From Enterobacteriaceae endosymbiont of Donacia provostii (GTDB lineage: Bacteria > Pseudomonadota > Gammaproteobacteria > Enterobacterales > Enterobacteriaceae): a stretch of 32,000 nucleotides of DNA. The position numbers were made by a program, and so were the translations under genes. Numbering within the stretch: the stretch's first letter is position 1; the number at the start of each line of letters is the position of its first letter. The notes beneath the pieces were generated by a model. That model was not told where the DNA came from. It saw only the letters and a program-made list of their open reading frames with translations, and made no database searches. Below are positions 1 to 8,706 of the stretch, in pieces. The stretch spans positions 92,324 through 124,323 of the forward strand of contig NZ_CP046206.1 of the NCBI RefSeq assembly GCF_012570145.1, read 5' to 3'.

Positions 1-19
1 TAATAATAAAGTACAATTT

Positions 20-1087
20 ATGAATTCTTATATGATCAAAAAACTTAATCTTTTATATAAAAGATATAATTATTTAACTAATAAATTAAGTGATTATAAA
101 ACATATAATAATCACGATTCTTTACGTAATTTATCTACTGAATATTCAAAATTATCTAATATTATAAAACCATTTATAGAATGGAATAAATTAAAATTAG
201 ATTTAATAAATACAAAATCTTTACTCAAAGAAAAAGATAAAGATATACATTCAATGGTTTTAGAAGATATACAAAATATTCATATTAAACAAAAAAAATT
301 GGAAAAAATATTATACAAATTACTTTTACCTAAAAATAAAAAAGATAATCGTAACTGTTTTGTAGAAATTAAATCTGGTTCTGGAGGAAATGAAGCATCA
401 ATATTTGTAAAAAATATTTCTAGAATGTATATTAGATATGCTGAATCTAAAAAATGGAAAATAGAAATAATACATATTAATTATAATGAATATGGTAATG
501 GATTTAAAGAAATTATTCTTAAAATTAGTGGAATAGGAGTATATGGAAAATTAAAATTTGAATCTGGAGGACATAGAGTACAGAGAGTACCAGAAACAGA
601 ATCACAAGGGAGAGTTCATACTTCTACTTGTACTGTTGCTGTTATGCCTGAATTATCTAAAATAGAAATGCCTGAAATTAATATTCAAGATTTAAAAATT
701 GATACATTTAGATCTTCAGGTGCTGGGGGACAACATGTTAATACTACAGATTCTGCTATACGTATTACTCATATTCCAACAAAAATAGTTGTTGAATGTC
801 AAGATGAAAGATCGCAACATAAAAATAAAGCAAAAGCATTATCTGTATTAGCAGCTAGAATAAATTCTATGGAAATAGAAAAAAAAAATAAAGAAAATGC
901 ATTTAAAAAAAAAATATTATTAGGTACTGGAGAACGTTCAGATAGAAATAGAACATATAATTTTATTCAAAAAAGAGTTACTGATCATCGTATCAATTTA
1001 ACTATTTATAAATTAAATGAAATCATGGATGGAAATTTAGATCTTTTGATAAAACCTATTATTTACAAAAAAAGTAATAAATTATAA
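20..1087 (+). CDS. prfA: Peptide chain release factor 1 (RF1)
   Basis: 355-aa ORF with an ATG start. It has the GGQ motif (SGAGGQHVNTTDSA) and the PxT-type stop-codon recognition region (RVQRVPETESQGRVHTS). It aligns with E. coli RF1 over its full length and is followed by prmC, as in E. coli. Confidence 0.97.
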   Translation: MNSYMIKKLNLLYKRYNYLTNKLSDYKTYNNHDSLRNLSTEYSKLSNIIKPFIEWNKLKLDLINTKSLLKEKDKDIHSMVLEDIQNIHIKQKKLEKILYKLLLPKNKKDNRNCFVEIKSGSGGNEASIFVKNISRMYIRYAESKKWKIEIIHINYNEYGNGFKEIILKISGIGVYGKLKFESGGHRVQRVPETESQGRVHTSTCTVAVMPELSKIEMPEINIQDLKIDTFRSSGAGGQHVNTTDSAIRITHIPTKIVVECQDERSQHKNKAKALSVLAARINSMEIEKKNKENAFKKKILLGTGERSDRNRTYNFIQKRVTDHRINLTIYKLNEIMDGNLDLLIKPIIYKKSNKL

Positions 1088-1104
1088 ATTATATAACATT
1101 ATTT

Positions 1105-1944
1105 ATGACTATTAATCAATTTTTAAAATATGCTTGTAATTTTTTAAAGAAAAATAAAATATTAAGTTATCAATTAGAAGCAGTATTGTTACTATCTTTT
1201 GTTTTAAATAAATCTAAAGTATGGATTTATAGTTTTAGTGAAAAAAAGATAGATAATTATAAATTTCAAATATTACAAAATTTATTATTACAAAGAATTA
1301 AAGGGAAACCTATAGCTTATATATTAGGTTTTTGTGAATTTTGGTCGTTAAAAATTTATGTATCACCTTATGTTTTAATACCTCGTAAAGAAACAGAAAT
1401 TTTAGTAGATATTGTTTTACAAAAATTAAATAATAATATTCATAAAATATTAGATTTAGGAACTGGTAGTGGAGCAATTGCATTAGCAATTGCTTATGAA
1501 CATAAGATTTTAGATATTACTGCTGTGGATTTTTCTAATCAAATTATTAATATTGCAAAAAATAATGCTAAAAAATTAAATATTAAAAATATTAAATTTC
1601 TAAAAAGTAATTGGTTCTCTAACTTAGAGAATAAAAAATTTGATATAATTATAAGTAATCCTCCATATATAAGTTATAAAGAATATTTTTTTTTAAAAAA
1701 ACAATTAAAATTTGAACCTATAAAATCTCTAGTTTCTAGTAAAAACGGATTATATGATATAAATTATGTTATTTCTCATTCTTTAAAGTATTTAAATAAT
1801 TATGGTTGGTTAATTTTAGAACATAGTTATACACAAGGATTTATAATTAAAAAAAAATTAGAAAATCAAAATTTTAAAAATATTAAACAATATTCTGATA
1901 TACAAGGATATAATAGAGCAATATGTGGTCAAAAATATTTTTAA
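1105..1944 (+). CDS. prmC: Release factor glutamine N5-methyltransferase (HemK/PrmC)
   Basis: 279-aa ORF with an SAM-binding motif (LDLGTGSGAIALA) and the NPPY catalytic motif (IISNPPYI). It sits immediately downstream of prfA. Confidence 0.93.
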   Translation: MTINQFLKYACNFLKKNKILSYQLEAVLLLSFVLNKSKVWIYSFSEKKIDNYKFQILQNLLLQRIKGKPIAYILGFCEFWSLKIYVSPYVLIPRKETEILVDIVLQKLNNNIHKILDLGTGSGAIALAIAYEHKILDITAVDFSNQIINIAKNNAKKLNIKNIKFLKSNWFSNLENKKFDIIISNPPYISYKEYFFLKKQLKFEPIKSLVSSKNGLYDINYVISHSLKYLNNYGWLILEHSYTQGFIIKKKLENQNFKNIKQYSDIQGYNRAICGQKYF

Positions 1945-2034
1945 AATTATATTTTCTTATAATTTTTTTAATATATTTAACAAAAAAATTTTGATATTAT
2001 TACATCATAATTTTTATTTTTATAAAAGTATAAA

Positions 2035-3294
2035 ATGGAATACAATGATAATTTTAAAAAAATAGAAAAAAAAAAATTATTAAAAATAGATCATAGAATT
2101 ATAGGTAAAAAATTAGATTTATATCATTTTCAAAATGAATCCCCAGGAATGGTTTTTTGGCATAATGATGGTTATATTATTTTTAAAAAATTAATAAAAT
2201 TTTTACGTTTAAAATTAAATCAATATAATTATTTAGAAGTAAAAACTCCTATAATAACTGATATTTCTATTTGGAAAAAAACAGGGCATTGGGAAATTTA
2301 TAAAAAAGCAATTTTTACAACTTCTTCAGAAAATAGAATTTATTGTATAAAACCTATGAATTGTCCTGCTCATATTCAAATTTTTAAACAAAAATTAAAA
2401 TCATATAAAGATTTACCAGTAAGACTTGCTGAATTTGGTATTTGTCATAGAAATGAGTCATCTGGTTCTTTACATGGTTTAATGAGATTAAGAAATTTTA
2501 CCCAAGACGATGCTCATATTTTTTGTACAAAAAATCAAGTAATTACAGAAATTAAAAATTGTATTAATATGATGTATGATATTTATCATGTTTTTGGTTT
2601 TAAAAAATTTTTTGTAAAACTATCTACTAGACCATTATATAAAATTGGAGAAGATAAACTTTGGGATCAAACAGAAAATCATTTATCATATATTTTAAAA
2701 AACATGAATATTCCCTTTGTATATCAAAAAGGAGAAGGTGCTTTTTATGGTCCTAAAATTGAATTTTCTTTTTTTGATTGTTTAAATAGAGAATGGCAAT
2801 GTGGTACAATACAATTAGATTTAACATTACCTAAATGTTTAAAATTATTTTATATTAATAAAGAAAATAAACGAAGTACTCCTATAATGATACATAGAGC
2901 TATATTAGGTTCTTTAGAAAGATTTATAGGAATAATCATAGAAGAATTTTCAGGATATTTACCTATTTGGTTAGTTCCTATACAAATAATTATACTAAAT
3001 ATTAGTGAAAAACATATAAAATATGTTTTAAAAATATTTAAAATAATAAAAAAAAATAATATTCGTGTTAAATATGATATTCAAAATAAACAAATTTCTT
3101 TTAAAATTAGAAAATATACAATAAAACATATTCCATATATTGGAATATGTGGAGATAAAGAAGTAAAAAATAATCTTATCTCAGTAAGAGATTGTTTTGG
3201 TAAAGATTTGGGATTTATGAAAATTCATGATATTATTAAAAAAATTAATAAAAAAAATAATCATTTTTTTTATCAAAAGGGGGTAAAGTATTAA
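2035..3294 (+). CDS. thrS: Threonyl-tRNA synthetase, N-terminally truncated form with only the catalytic and anticodon-binding domains
   Basis: 419-aa ORF. It starts at a region matching E. coli ThrRS around residue 225-243 ([29 protein letters not shown]). The Zn-ligand contexts NCPAH, DDAHIF and MIHRAILGS are conserved. An in-frame TAA lies at 2023-2025 just upstream. Confidence 0.95.
   Translation: MEYNDNFKKIEKKKLLKIDHRIIGKKLDLYHFQNESPGMVFWHNDGYIIFKKLIKFLRLKLNQYNYLEVKTPIITDISIWKKTGHWEIYKKAIFTTSSENRIYCIKPMNCPAHIQIFKQKLKSYKDLPVRLAEFGICHRNESSGSLHGLMRLRNFTQDDAHIFCTKNQVITEIKNCINMMYDIYHVFGFKKFFVKLSTRPLYKIGEDKLWDQTENHLSYILKNMNIPFVYQKGEGAFYGPKIEFSFFDCLNREWQCGTIQLDLTLPKCLKLFYINKENKRSTPIMIHRAILGSLERFIGIIIEEFSGYLPIWLVPIQIIILNISEKHIKYVLKIFKIIKKNNIRVKYDIQNKQISFKIRKYTIKHIPYIGICGDKEVKNNLISVRDCFGKDLGFMKIHDIIKKINKKNNHFFYQKGVKY
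3277..3283 (+). promoter_or_regulatory. Shine-Dalgarno sequence for infC, embedded in the 3' end of thrS
   Basis: AAGGGGG is the only G5 run in this neighbourhood. It lies 6 nt upstream of the ATT at 3290 that opens the IF3 reading frame. Confidence 0.7.
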
Positions 3295-3829
3295 AGTTGG
3301 AAAAAAAATAGTACAATTATTACGACCTAATAAAATTAATAAAAATATTAGAAGTAAAATTGTAAGACTAATAGGATTAAATGGAGAACAAATAGGAATA
3401 ATTAATCTTAAAGAAGCTTTAAAAAGAGCTGTAAATACTGGATTTGATTTAGTAGAAATTAGTCCTCATTCTACACCTCCTGTATGCCGTATAATGGATT
3501 ATGGTAAATTTTTGTACACAAAAAATAAAGCTTCTAAAGAACAAAAAAAAAAACAAAAAATAATACATTTGAAAGAAATTAAATTTCGTCCAGGTACAGA
3601 TATAGGTGATTATCATGTTAAGTTACGTAATATAATTCGTTTTATAAAAAACGGAGACAAAGTAAAAATTACATTAAGATTTAGAGGTAGAGAAATGATG
3701 CATACAAAATTAGGTTTTTCTATGCTTAAACGTATAAAAAATGATGTAGAAAATTTAGCTATGGTAGAATCATTTCCTTCAAAAATTGAAGGTAGACAAA
3801 TTATAATGTTTTTAATACCCAAAAAATAG
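3290..3829 (+). CDS. infC: Translation initiation factor IF-3, with a non-canonical AUU start
   Basis: The frame is open from 3287 (TAA at 3284-3286). ATT at 3290 followed by [73 protein letters not shown] matches the E. coli IF3 N-terminal domain. E. coli infC is known to start with AUU. The ORF track (3494..3829) contains only the C-terminal part. The start overlaps the thrS stop (3292-3294). Confidence 0.9.
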   Translation: MKVGKKIVQLLRPNKINKNIRSKIVRLIGLNGEQIGIINLKEALKRAVNTGFDLVEISPHSTPPVCRIMDYGKFLYTKNKASKEQKKKQKIIHLKEIKFRPGTDIGDYHVKLRNIIRFIKNGDKVKITLRFRGREMMHTKLGFSMLKRIKNDVENLAMVESFPSKIEGRQIIMFLIPKK

Positions 3830-3854
3830 TAATGAAGAAAATTATGGTTTATAC

Positions 3855-4052
3855 ATGAATAAAATTAAAACAGTACGTAGTGTTGCTAAACGTTTTAAAA
3901 AAACAAGTAATGGTTTTTTTAAACATAAAAAGGCTAATTTAAGACATTTATTAACTAAAAAAAATAAAAAACTTAAAAGATCTTTAAGAAAGAAAAAAAT
4001 TGTTTTTAAAGGAGATTCAAAATCTTTAAAGATTTGTTTACCTTATCTATAA
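3855..4052 (+). CDS. rpmI: 50S ribosomal protein L35
   Basis: 65 aa. [17 protein letters not shown]...ICLPYL matches E. coli L35 (MPKIKTVRGAAKRFKKT...). It lies in the conserved infC-rpmI-rplT order. Confidence 0.96.
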   Translation: MNKIKTVRSVAKRFKKTSNGFFKHKKANLRHLLTKKNKKLKRSLRKKKIVFKGDSKSLKICLPYL

Positions 4053-4089
4053 AATAAATATATAACAAATAATTATTATAGGAACATAT

Positions 4090-4437
4090 ATGGTTAGAAT
4101 TAAGCGAGGAGTTACTGCTAAAAAAAGACATAAAAAAATTTTAAAAAAAGCAAAAGGATATTATGGAGCAAGATCTAGATCTTACAGATCTGCATTTCAA
4201 GCAGTAATTAAATCAGGACAATATGCTTATAGAGACAGAAAACAAAAAAAAAGAAAATTTCGTCAATTATGGATTATGCAAATTAATGCAGCAGCACGTC
4301 AAAAAAATATTTCTTATAGTTATTTAATATATAAATTAAAAAAAAATAACATAAATATAAATAGAAAAATGTTAGCTAATATTGCAATATCAGAAAATTT
4401 AATTTTTAATAAATTAATTAATCATTCTTGTAATTAA
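4090..4437 (+). CDS. rplT: 50S ribosomal protein L20
   Basis: 115 aa. [30 protein letters not shown] is a typical L20 N-terminus. An AGGAA Shine-Dalgarno sequence lies upstream. Confidence 0.96.
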   Translation: MVRIKRGVTAKKRHKKILKKAKGYYGARSRSYRSAFQAVIKSGQYAYRDRKQKKRKFRQLWIMQINAAARQKNISYSYLIYKLKKNNININRKMLANIAISENLIFNKLINHSCN

Positions 4438-4503
4438 TATAATTAATTTTTATAAAATTTTAGTATTTTTATATTTTACATAAAATATATTAATGAGAAT
4501 ATA

Positions 4504-5502
4504 ATGGTATTTAATGATATAGTTATAATAGTAAAAAAAGAAATTTCTAAAGTAAAAAATCTTAAAGATTTAAATATATTAAGAGTTAAGTATTTAGGTA
4601 AAAAAGGTTATATTACTAAGAAATTTATGTTAATTAAAAATTTTTCTAAAAAAGAAAGAATTAATAAAAGTTTTATTTATAATAAACAAAAAGAAGAAAT
4701 AAAAAATATAATAATAAAACGTAAAAAAGAAATAGAAATAGAACAATATAACAATAATAAATTTTTAAATCAAAGTATTGATGTTTCATTACCAGGAAAA
4801 TATATTCCACCCGGTACAGAACATCCTATTACGAGTATAATTTATGAAATAGAAAAATTTTTTCAAAATATTGGTTTTAAAATAATTACAGGACCAGAAA
4901 TAGAAGATGTTTATCATAATTTTGACGCATTAAATATTTCAAAATATCATCCAACAAGAACAGAACAAGATACATTTTGGTTAGATAAAAATGTTTTATT
5001 ACGTACTCAAACTTCTAATGTACAAATTAGAATTATGAAACATAATAAACCACCTATAAAAATATTAACTTCAGGAAAAGTATATCGTCATGATTATGAC
5101 AGTAGTCATACCCCAATGTTTCATCAGGTAGAGGGATTATTTATTGATAAAAATGTTACTTTTATTGATTTAAAAAGCATATTAATTTTATTTTTAAATT
5201 TTTTCTTTGGAAAAAAATATAAAATACGTTTTAGACCTTCTTATTTTCCCTTTACAGAACCTTCTTTGGAAATAGATATATTTAATAATAAAAAAAAATG
5301 GATAGAAATTTTAGGAGCAGGTATAGTAAGTTCTTATGTTTTAAAAAATATTGGAATTAATCACAATAAATATTGTGGATTTGCATTTGGATTAGGTATA
5401 GAAAGATTAGCTATGTTACGTTATAATATAGATGATATCCGTCTTTTTTATGAAAATGATATACGTTTTCTTAAACAATTTAGATTTAATAAATTTTTAT
5501 GA
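4504..5502 (+). CDS. pheS: Phenylalanyl-tRNA synthetase alpha subunit
   Basis: 332 aa with class II motifs (LLRTQTSNVQIR, GKVYRHD, FHQVEGL, GFAFGLGIERLAML). The TGA stop overlaps the pheT ATG (ATGA). Confidence 0.96.
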   Translation: MVFNDIVIIVKKEISKVKNLKDLNILRVKYLGKKGYITKKFMLIKNFSKKERINKSFIYNKQKEEIKNIIIKRKKEIEIEQYNNNKFLNQSIDVSLPGKYIPPGTEHPITSIIYEIEKFFQNIGFKIITGPEIEDVYHNFDALNISKYHPTRTEQDTFWLDKNVLLRTQTSNVQIRIMKHNKPPIKILTSGKVYRHDYDSSHTPMFHQVEGLFIDKNVTFIDLKSILILFLNFFFGKKYKIRFRPSYFPFTEPSLEIDIFNNKKKWIEILGAGIVSSYVLKNIGINHNKYCGFAFGLGIERLAMLRYNIDDIRLFYENDIRFLKQFRFNKFL

Positions 5503-7946
5503 TCAAATTTAGTGAATTATGGTTACGAGAATGGTTATCTTATAATAAAGATATTAACTCTTTATCAAAAAAAATAACAATGTTAGGATTTGAAATAGAA
5601 AAAATTGAATCTATTACTTATAAAAGTAATATGAAGAATTTGATTGAAGGTAAAATTATTAATTTTAATTTATATAAAAAAAATTCTAGAATTTATCAAT
5701 TTAAAATTTTAACTAATGATGGACAATTGTTAAAAATATTTTCTAATATAAATTATTTTTATAAAAAAATGAAAATTATTTTAGCTACTAAAAATTCTTT
5801 TTTATATAAAAAATATATAAAAATACCCAAATATTTTTTTTTAAAAAAATCTGAAGGTTTTTTATGTACTCCTAAAATAATTAGTTTATATACAAAATAT
5901 AATATTATTATTAATAATAATATTTTTCTCAATCAATATAAGAATAATAATAATTTTGTAAATCTATATGATAATCTTTTACATATAAATATTCCTACAA
6001 ACAGAATTGATTGTTTAAGTATTTTAGGTTTGACAAGAGATTTATCTGTTATAAATAAAAATAAATTTTATATAAAATATAAAGATAATTTAATTCAAAA
6101 TTCAGAAAAATATAAATTAAATATTTATTTTGAAAAAAATATAAAAAATATATTATATGAATATAATTATTGTATTATTAAAGATATTGATTTAACTAAA
6201 CAAATTCCTTTCTTTATCAAAGAAAGATTATATCATGCAGGAATTAAGTTTATATCTAGTAATCCATTATTAAATATTCGTAATTATATAATTTTAGAAT
6301 TAGGATATCCTATTCAATTTTATGATCTTGATAAAATTCAAGGTAATATTTATATAAAAAAATATCAAAAAAATAAATATTCTTTTTTTAATTTAAAAAA
6401 TAAAAAAAATAGTTTTTTAGAAAAAAATAAATTATTAATGATTATAAATAATAGCAAAATAATATCTATACCAGGAATAATACAAAACAAAGATTTTTCT
6501 ATAAAATTAAAAACTAAAAATATTTTAATAGAATGTTTATTTTTAAATCCTAAGTATATTAATCTTTTATTAAAAAATAATTGTTATATTAGTGATATTT
6601 ATAATTTTCATAAAAATTCTTTAGACCCATTCATACAAAAAAAAGTACTTATAAGAAGTATTAATTTATTACAAAAAATATTTAGTGGAAAAAATAGCAG
6701 TATTTATACTATTAATATTAATAATATTAATTATTCAAGAAAAATAATTAATATATCATTCAAATATATATATAAAATTTTAGGTTTTTATATAAAAAAA
6801 AATATTATATTAAATATTTTAAATTTACTAGGTTTTACTATTTTAAATAGTACAATAAATAATTGTATTATTCAAATACCTAGTTGGAGATATGATATAA
6901 ATATTACAGAAGATATCATAGAAGAAATTATACGTATATATGGATATAAGAATATTCCTTATCAAGTAAACATATCGCTTATTAAAAAAAATATCATACA
7001 AAAAAATAATTATATATCCACATATAGAAAAATTAATATTAAAAAATTTAAAGATATTTTAATTTATCAAGGATATCATGAAGTAATTAATTACAGTTTT
7101 GTTAATCCTAAAATACAATCTATTTTCTATCCTAATATAGAATGTATAAAGATTAAAAATCCATTAACAATTAAAACATCTGTAATGAGAAATTCTTTAC
7201 TATATGGATTAATTAATAATATTATTTATAATCAAAAAAGACAACAACAAAATTTACGTTTTTTTGAATGTGGTTTATGTTTTTTTAAAAATTCTCAAAA
7301 TAAAATAGGTATATCACAAAAATTAATGTTATCTGGAATAATTAACATAAATTCATTAGATTTTTATTGGAATAAAAAAAATCAACATATTGATTTTTAT
7401 AATATTAAAGGTAATTTAGAATATATTTTAAATATTTTTTATAAAAATAATAACATAAAATTTTATCAACAAGATAAACATACAATATTACATCCTTATA
7501 TAAATTCATCAATATATATTAATAATATATATATTGGATATATTGGAATGTTACATCCTAAATTAATTAGTTATTTTAATATAAATTATAATACTTTTTT
7601 TTTTGAATTATTTTGTGATCGTATTATGATTAATAATAGTTTTCATCTACAAAAAATAATTAATTACCCTATTAATAGGAGAGATATTTCTTTTCTTATA
7701 AAAGAAAATATTAACTTTGATTCTATTTTATTAGAATTAAAAAAATTAAAAATAGAAAGTTTAATAAAAATAAGAATTATAGATATATTTCAAGGTAATA
7801 ATATACCAAAAAAATATAAAAATATTACTTTAAGTTTATTTATACAGGATAAATATCATACATTAAATGATATAGAAATTAATAATACTGTAAATAAATG
7901 TCTTTTAAAATTACAAAATAAATTTCATATTATTTTAAGAAAATAA
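5499..7946 (+). CDS. pheT: Phenylalanyl-tRNA synthetase beta subunit
   Basis: 815 aa. The N-terminus MIKFSELWLREW matches E. coli MKFSELWLREW. Anchors such as PSWRYDI, EEIIRIYGY, NPLT...MR and INRRDISF are conserved. The sequence is otherwise very divergent and rich in N, I and K. Confidence 0.94.
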   Translation: MIKFSELWLREWLSYNKDINSLSKKITMLGFEIEKIESITYKSNMKNLIEGKIINFNLYKKNSRIYQFKILTNDGQLLKIFSNINYFYKKMKIILATKNSFLYKKYIKIPKYFFLKKSEGFLCTPKIISLYTKYNIIINNNIFLNQYKNNNNFVNLYDNLLHINIPTNRIDCLSILGLTRDLSVINKNKFYIKYKDNLIQNSEKYKLNIYFEKNIKNILYEYNYCIIKDIDLTKQIPFFIKERLYHAGIKFISSNPLLNIRNYIILELGYPIQFYDLDKIQGNIYIKKYQKNKYSFFNLKNKKNSFLEKNKLLMIINNSKIISIPGIIQNKDFSIKLKTKNILIECLFLNPKYINLLLKNNCYISDIYNFHKNSLDPFIQKKVLIRSINLLQKIFSGKNSSIYTININNINYSRKIINISFKYIYKILGFYIKKNIILNILNLLGFTILNSTINNCIIQIPSWRYDINITEDIIEEIIRIYGYKNIPYQVNISLIKKNIIQKNNYISTYRKINIKKFKDILIYQGYHEVINYSFVNPKIQSIFYPNIECIKIKNPLTIKTSVMRNSLLYGLINNIIYNQKRQQQNLRFFECGLCFFKNSQNKIGISQKLMLSGIININSLDFYWNKKNQHIDFYNIKGNLEYILNIFYKNNNIKFYQQDKHTILHPYINSSIYINNIYIGYIGMLHPKLISYFNINYNTFFFELFCDRIMINNSFHLQKIINYPINRRDISFLIKENINFDSILLELKKLKIESLIKIRIIDIFQGNNIPKKYKNITLSLFIQDKYHTLNDIEINNTVNKCLLKLQNKFHIILRK

Positions 7947-8070
7947 TATTAATTTTATTTAATAAAATTAATAATTTTTAATTTTATATTAAAAATTATT
8001 TAGTTTCGTTTATTTAATTTTTTTTTTATTATATATAATAAATATATATTATATTTATATAAAGAAAAAA

Positions 8071-8682
8071 ATGTTTACAGGTATTGTTCAATCAATAGGT
8101 AAAATTAAAAAAATTAATTTTAAAAAACAAATATATTGTATATATATACAAACAGATAAAAATTTTATTAAAAATTTAAAAAAAGGAGAATCCATTTCAA
8201 ATAATGGATGTTGTTTAACTATTGTTCATATATATGAAAATATTATTTTATTTAATGTAATTAAATATACTATGAATAATACAACTTTTAAATTTTTGAA
8301 AGTTGGTCATTATGTTAATTTAGAAAAACCGATAAAAGCTAATAATTTTTTTGGTGGACATATAGTATTAGGACATATTACTGATATTGCTATAATAACT
8401 AAAATAAAAAATTATAGTTTTTCTAAAGTTTTTTGGATTAAACCTAATAATGTATCACAAATGAAATTTATTCCTATAAAGGGATCTATATGTATAGATG
8501 GTGTAAGTTTAACAATAGATAAAAAAACTAAAAATAAATTTAGTGTAAATTTAATACCAGAAACATTAAATAATACTACATTATCCAAAAAAAAAATTCA
8601 TAATTATGTCAATCTTGAAACAGATATATATACTAGAAATATAATTCAAACTATTGAAAGATTATGTAATAAAAATATTTAA
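8071..8682 (+). CDS. ribC: Riboflavin synthase (alpha chain)
   Basis: 203 aa. MFTGIVQ start, NGCCLT and DGVSLT internal-repeat motifs, and LIPETL. It matches E. coli RibC (called ribE in some nomenclatures). Confidence 0.93.
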   Translation: MFTGIVQSIGKIKKINFKKQIYCIYIQTDKNFIKNLKKGESISNNGCCLTIVHIYENIILFNVIKYTMNNTTFKFLKVGHYVNLEKPIKANNFFGGHIVLGHITDIAIITKIKNYSFSKVFWIKPNNVSQMKFIPIKGSICIDGVSLTIDKKTKNKFSVNLIPETLNNTTLSKKKIHNYVNLETDIYTRNIIQTIERLCNKNI

Positions 8683-8706
8683 TATATTAAAATATTAGGA
8701 ATATAA

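Noticed and set aside
590-598. RF1 stop-codon recognition tripeptide reads P-E-T instead of the E. coli P-A-T
   Set aside because: The motif is defined as PxT with a variable middle residue. The flanking region (RVQRVP.TESQGR.HTS) and GGQ are intact, so there is no basis for proposing altered stop-codon specificity.
3613-3822. 69-aa ORF on the minus strand, antisense to infC
   Set aside because: It lies entirely inside the well-supported infC frame. Its composition is low-complexity and rich in I, F and L, as expected for the antisense of an A/T-rich gene, and it has no recognisable family features. I treat it as a spurious shadow ORF.
5500-5502. Possible UGA-to-Trp recoding, as seen in some tiny A/T-rich symbiont genomes
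   Set aside because: TGA terminates pheS (5500-5502) and hisB (20243-20245) exactly where the homologues end and where the next gene starts. Conserved Trp positions use TGG, for example WHNDGY in thrS and WLREW in pheT. The standard code 11 fits everywhere in the window.
7947-8070. A/T-only hairpins as rho-independent terminators, for example AATTTTATT-T-AATAAAATT after pheT, ATATTTTA-CA-TAAAATAT at 4471-4488, and AATTTTAAAATT at 17470-17481
   Set aside because: The stems contain no G/C pairs and are short. Such palindromes are abundant by chance in spacers of this composition, so I cannot support terminator calls without energy calculations or transcript 3'-end data.
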